A stretch of 63,941 nucleotides of DNA, the filler included. It is 8 parts of 8 records of this genome, joined end to end, with 100 filler letters (N's around TTAATTAATTAA, not from the genome) between each part and the next. Parts side by side here need not be neighbours in the genome. Positions count along the whole stretch, not along the records: positions 56,697 to 59,816 come from SRR7504441_19; positions 59,917 to 63,941 come from SRR7504441_21; 6 more parts are not named here. One strand, 5' to 3'. The stretch's first letter is position 1; each line of letters opens with the position of its first letter. Shown piece by piece: positions 59,478 to 63,941 of this stretch. A program made the position numbers and the translations under genes. Below the pieces are notes generated by a model. That model was given only the letters and a program-made list of their open reading frames with translations. It did no database searches and was not told where the DNA came from.

Positions 59478-59816
59478 ATGCAGCAGAGGTACATGCAGCA
59501 GCACATACGACAAATGCATGAAGACCAACCCAAGGAGCTGGTGGAAGACGGCATGGTAGCTGCTGCCAGGGTGTCACCATTGGAGTTGCATGCTAAGGAT
59601 TAATTTTGGCTGAGGATGACTGGAGGTGCAAAGTCAAAACTGCAAAGGAGCAGCTGGAAAAGTATGTGAAAACTGACACTGATCAATACCGTGAATGGTA
59701 CAAAGATATAGGCCAGGCTCTCCAGTTGATCCACCACGTTTGGAACAGCCAGAGCATCCCCTCTGCACTTGGAATTCAGGTATCGATAGTCTATAGCGTA
59801 TCGCAGCGTGCCATCC
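59478..59816 (+). CDS. Possible 5' part of an unknown spliced gene, divergent from DBP9, truncated by contig end
   Basis: ATG at 59478, a coding-looking segment KVKTAKEQLEKYVKTDTDQYREWYKDIGQALQLIHHVWNSQ and a CAG/GTATCG donor-like site near 59780; exon structure not resolved. Confidence 0.3.
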
Positions 59817-59916
59817 NNNNNNNNNNNNNNNNNNNNNNNNNNNNNNNNNNNNNNNNNNNNTTAATTAATTAANNNNNNNNNNNNNNNNNNNNNNNNNNNN
59901 NNNNNNNNNNNNNNNN
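59817..59916. other. Artificial contig-joining spacer
   Basis: 44 N + TTAATTAATTAA + 44 N. Confidence 0.98.
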
Positions 59917-61074
59917 CGAGGGGCAAGGCCTACATCGCAGTCTACCTCGCGATGGTGGCCATAACAGGTGGGATGTACTGGATCATCTACAGGGCTTACT
60001 CGACCGACCAGCTGGCCTACGTGCGCAGCCAGCCGGCTGGCGACCTGAACGCCACCCTCCCACTCTGTGCCGCGCTGGCCCCCGATTCGCTTTTCCTGAG
60101 CACCAGCCGGGCCCAGATGCTCAGGCTAGTCGAGGCCGGCTGCGTCTACCAATCCTTCCTGGCGATGTCGAGGCACGAGCAGGAGCTGCGCCAGCAGGCG
60201 CTCTCAGGGCGGGGGATCGGACAGGGTGGCGACCCGGTAGTGCTCGCCCTGGAGGAGGGCGAGTACGTTAACCAAGGTGACCCGGAGGCGATCGTTGGGA
60301 TCTTCGTGGCTTTTGTGTTCTATCTGGTGCTCAGCCTGGTGTCGCTAACCCCGCGGTGTATCAACGCTGTGTACAAGGCAGCCTTCCAGCAGGACAGCCA
60401 CAACCCGGGTCGGCAGACGGTTAAGAAGGCAGTAAAAGCCGTGCTATTCTTCCTGCTGACGACCTTACCGCTCCAGTTATACCTGAATACCCTGCTCGGA
60501 CCGAGCTGCCACCCCGTGCTGCCCGGGATCTGGCAATGCAAGGACTTCCTTCTCAAGGAAGCTGTGCTGTTTGTACCGTGTCTGAGCATATTCATTGTCG
60601 CGTACCTCTGTGTGGGGGTCAAGCAGGCGAGGGGTCCACAGCCACAGCCCTAATTGGGGGCAGGTGGACGAAATCCGACTCAAAGAGATTGTGCGGCTCT
60701 CCGGAATGATCATCGGGGTCTGGGGCTGTAGACCCCGCGCCTGTTTGATCCTCATACAGGTGATGATGTGCCTGATGACTGTATTCGCGGTGGTGGACCT
60801 CTACAGGGAATGGATCTCGCGTGCAGCCAAGCTCAGGACAGCACTCGGCTCTGTTATGGGCGGCGACTTCTCTTTTCTACTTTCGGTGGCCCGAGCAGGG
60901 CACATCCCGCAGGACGAGGTGTCGGGACTCACTCCGGTGATGAAGCTGCGCGCCGTGGTCTCTGTGCTGCTGCTCGGAGTTGGGTTCTTTGCGAGCAAAG
61001 CTTTTCAAGAAGGTGAGGTTCTGGTCTATAAGAAACTTTCTCCAGTGTCTGGCACGCATGTCTATGCGGTCTGA
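59917..61074 (+). CDS. Multi-pass membrane protein of unknown function; 5' truncated
   Basis: Several hydrophobic helices across ORFs 59952-60653 and 60595-61074, joinable in phase 0 by intron 60612 (or 60618) to 60759. Confidence 0.65.
60608..60759. mobile_element. Putative MITE/introner-like element with imperfect ~43-bp terminal inverted repeats, coinciding with an intron
   Basis: Left end CTGTGTGGGGGTCAAGCAGGCGAGGGGTCCACAGCCACAGCCC versus reverse complement of right end CTGTATGAGGATCAAACAGGCGCGGGGTCTACAGCCCCAGACC; no clear target-site duplication; single copy in window. Confidence 0.5.
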
Positions 61075-61570
61075 GCTCGGCCGAGGCACACCGCTGTAAT
61101 GTACTATAACAAGTCTAATCCGGATCATACTAATAATTAACATGTATGATTTTTTTCAAATTCTTTTAAATATTGTATTCGCTACTCGTATATCGATAGT
61201 TGGCGCGATTGTTTGAATTAACTAGTCCTTCTTACCTCAGCTCCACCTACCCGGGAACTGTGTAGTCCGTACATACAGGTGGGTTTCGTTGCAATTGCCA
61301 ATCGGGGATCTTGTCGTCTTGTCATGCTTGTAAGTTTGAGCTTTTCGTATATCTCACCGGTCCTAATTAAAGGACTTTCGTTGTCCCTGAACCGTATTTC
61401 TCTCTTAAAATCAATAATTAGAACTAGATATCAATAAACGACTTTTAACTCTCTTCACATATATGCCGTGATAGTAGCGTCCAATCCAGGGCTGTCTCGC
61501 TATCATCTTTCTAATCACTGACGGGTAAAGCCCGCTTAGGTCCTCCGCACCCACAGTGTTCAACTCATGA

Positions 61571-62545
61571 TCAAGACCCAAGCTTGGCTGCCAACGCCTC
61601 CCGGATCAACATTGCCTTGGCCCTGTGCGCTGGCCCGGTCATATGTGACCGGTCCAAATAGTAGCAATCGAACGAGGCCGAGGCCAAAGCTGCCGGCAGA
61701 CTCTCCCGCAGGTCCATCAGCAGGTAACTTTTCTCCTTACATAATGCTTTGATCTTTTCCGCAAGTAAGCAAGCGTACTCCCACTTTGGATCATCATACG
61801 CAGGGTGGCGCGGACTGAGCAAAAAGCACACCAGCACCCCAGCAGCCTGGCATCGCTCGGCTACTGTGCTCAAGTTGGCGGCGGCAATAGTGGCCACACT
61901 CTCAGGTGATGCCGGCTCCTTGGCATAGAGCCAGGCGAACGACCCGAACCCGAGCCTGAAATCGTAATCGTTCCCACCGTTGTGCAGCACCACCCCGCGG
62001 GGCTTGTGCTGCAGGCAAAGCGGTGTCAGGTGACGGATCAAGTCCACCGTCCGCGAGCCCCCAAAACCAGCGTTGAAGCAGCCGCGCACCGACGGGTGGC
62101 CTGGAGTGTCGACCGCCATATCGGCAGTGAGATGATGCCAGTAGGTGTACTCGGAGTCGCCCAGGAAGCACACTCCGCCGGGGGCGATCGGCGGTTGGGT
62201 CTCCTTCTGCGCCTGCTTACGCTCCTCGGCCCAGGTTCCGCACAGCGTATCCACTAGCCCTAACAGAGTGATAAACCCTCTGCAGACAGTCAACGCGAGA
62301 TCGACCACCCGGTTACCGGCGAGCCTAACGAGGAGCGAGTCCCGGCCATTCTTTAGTCCGACGTCGATGCACTTGCCGAAGAGCAGGCAGCCGAGCACGG
62401 GCAGAAGAATCAGCCCGACCAGCCAGCCCATCCCGGCCCAGACGAGCAGGCCTGCGAGCAGCCCGAAGCAGCTCATTGTCACCACCAGGAACACCAGTGG
62501 ATTGGTCGCCCGATCCCATTCCTGCTCCGGCGCCGCCTCAGCCAT
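61571..62545 (-). CDS. Membrane-anchored SGNH/GDSL hydrolase
   Basis: Block I FLGDS, block II NAGFGGS, block III GGND, block V DRSH; N-terminal hydrophobic helices; first ATG at 62545; no introns needed. Confidence 0.85.
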   Translation of the reverse strand: MAEAAPEQEWDRATNPLVFLVVTMSCFGLLAGLLVWAGMGWLVGLILLPVLGCLLFGKCIDVGLKNGRDSLLVRLAGNRVVDLALTVCRGFITLLGLVDTLCGTWAEERKQAQKETQPPIAPGGVCFLGDSEYTYWHHLTADMAVDTPGHPSVRGCFNAGFGGSRTVDLIRHLTPLCLQHKPRGVVLHNGGNDYDFRLGFGSFAWLYAKEPASPESVATIAAANLSTVAERCQAAGVLVCFLLSPRHPAYDDPKWEYACLLAEKIKALCKEKSYLLMDLRESLPAALASASFDCYYLDRSHMTGPAHRAKAMLIREALAAKLGS

Positions 62546-62643
62546 CCTTGAGTTACGCGAAGTGCCGTGCGCCGCGCCCGCCCGCACGGTCGTAAGATGA
62601 GTCCGTTATTCTCTGGAGCCGCGCATCCAACCTCGCGGCCGGC

Positions 62644-63808
62644 ATGGCCGGGACCAAGGCGGACGGGCCTCCACTGTACGCGGTTCCGTGCCTGGTGACG
62701 CTAGCCGCCTTCTGCTGTGGGCTCTCCTCGATCCAAGCTGCCTCCCGTTACCAGTTCACCTTGGCGGTCCAACTGCTGATGGCCGCCGCCAGCCTGGACG
62801 TGCCTGACCGCCCGCCCGCCGAATCACACCGGCACAGGCGCTCGACGGGCACATCGCCCGGTATTTGGACGCGTGCACCGAGCTCGGGGCCGAGCTGGAC
62901 TCGCTGTGCGACTTGGCCGACTTGTAACCGGCCAGCGCGCCTGCCACTGACCGGCTGGCAGTGGGGTGGCCCCTGCGCTGATTCTTCATTTCTGGGTGGG
63001 CTCGCGCCTGCCAGAGGTGGAAGGAAGCTTAGTCACGGTACTGGCCGGCGGGGATACGGGAGCCGGGGGGCAGGGGGGCATGATGTGGGCGGGGTGCTTG
63101 TTATACGGCTCGTGCTGCTGCCTCCGACTAGCCCGGTTCAACCTGAAGGACAGGCGGCTGGCCGGCCGGAACGGCCGGCTTATGCGGTCCAGGGAGGTAC
63201 TCTCCAAGCTGCCGGACCCGCCCCCGCCTCCGCGGCGAGTGCCGGTGCATAATCTTTTCCAGCGCAAGCTCTACTTTGAGGGAGTGCCTGCCCCGGTGCC
63301 CCAAAGCCCAGCTGGGGTCGAGTTGTAGCAGGTTGGTGCGAGCTACTTGCTCACGCCAGTGATGCTGGACTCGGTGCCCGCACGCTCCTTCTTTGTTCAG
63401 CTCCACCCGCTGCTATCCCGTGAGCCTCACGCTGCCCAGTCGGGTCTCACGTTAGGCCCAGGAGAACTGGCGCTCTCGCTGGCGCTGATTGTGGCCGGCC
63501 TGATGGTGAGCTGCGCCATAAGTCGGCCGAGGGGTCGGTCAGGTGAGCTCTGTGCCCACGCTGTCGTCAAAAATGCTCAAACAAAACCCCACCGACACAC
63601 ACCTTCGCTCACGGTGCGCCCATAGCGAGCCTAAGCGAGAGGCCAACCGGGCAGCTCGCGGGTGTCGCTCGGACTAAAGCTGCTGCTGGTGGCGGCTGGA
63701 TTGGTGCTAATCTATTGCTTCCCGTTCCAAGTGTTCATTTGGATGAATATTGCGCACTTTTGTAGCATTCCAATTGGGGTGTTCTTGTTCTACTATTGGG
63801 GTCAATGA
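62644..63808 (+). CDS. CDP-alcohol phosphatidyltransferase, PssA/CHO1-type phosphatidylserine synthase-like, multi-exon
   Basis: Removing introns 62800-62837 and 62924-62961 gives the signature DALDGHIARYLDACTELGAELDSLCDLADFGVAPA, followed by LRLARFN and YFEGVPAP; further short introns downstream are less certain; probable stop at 63806-63808. Confidence 0.85.
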
Positions 63809-63941
63809 GTAGTCACTAAGGGGTACTGGGGTGTAACCAGGGGGAGGGGAGTAGCTTGCAATTTTGTCACAAATGAATTTAAAATCACATCAAACATTTT
63901 CAAACGCTTAAATTAACCCTTTGCGGCAGCTAATTTTGGGC

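Noticed and set aside
6794-59916. Seven identical TTAATTAATTAA palindromes within N runs, superficially a regular repeat array
   Set aside because: Exactly 100-nt blocks with six-frame stops are concatenation linkers, not biology; not CRISPR-like.

Overview
Eukaryotic DNA from a gene-dense, GC-rich genome, probably a free-living protist; the lineage cannot be fixed from sequence alone. The window is eight contigs joined by seven artificial 100-nt spacers (44 N + TTAATTAATTAA + 44 N), so neighbourhood across spacers is not evidence of linkage. Genes use the standard code, mostly 35-54 nt spliceosomal introns, and very short head-to-head promoters. Recognisable genes: PLAC8-like protein, GH51 arabinofuranosidase, a SPRY-like-domain protein (partial), a >6,500-aa multidomain extracellular protein (beta-rich repeats, TSP1, PSI, CPW-WPC, WSC, FN3, lectin, discoidin, mucin, PAN), large secreted coiled-coil proteins, a GCC2/GCC3 Cys-repeat protein, a PA14-GT2 polysaccharide synthase, DBP9/DDX56, an SGNH hydrolase and a phosphatidylserine synthase-like enzyme. 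The standout is a ~2,530-aa single polypeptide (48658-56287) fusing a complete UBA6-like E1 to a GST-like domain, a ubiquitin-like fold, a UBZ finger, a BIRC6/UBE2Z-type E2 with intact catalytic Cys, a PDZ-like domain, two WWE domains, a UBA/CUE-like domain and RanBP2/NZF fingers: an apparent self-contained ubiquitination cascade that may read ADP-ribose. Also notable is an oversized intron bounded by ~43-bp inverted repeats (introner/MITE-like). All domain calls are motif recognition by eye; no database searches were run.
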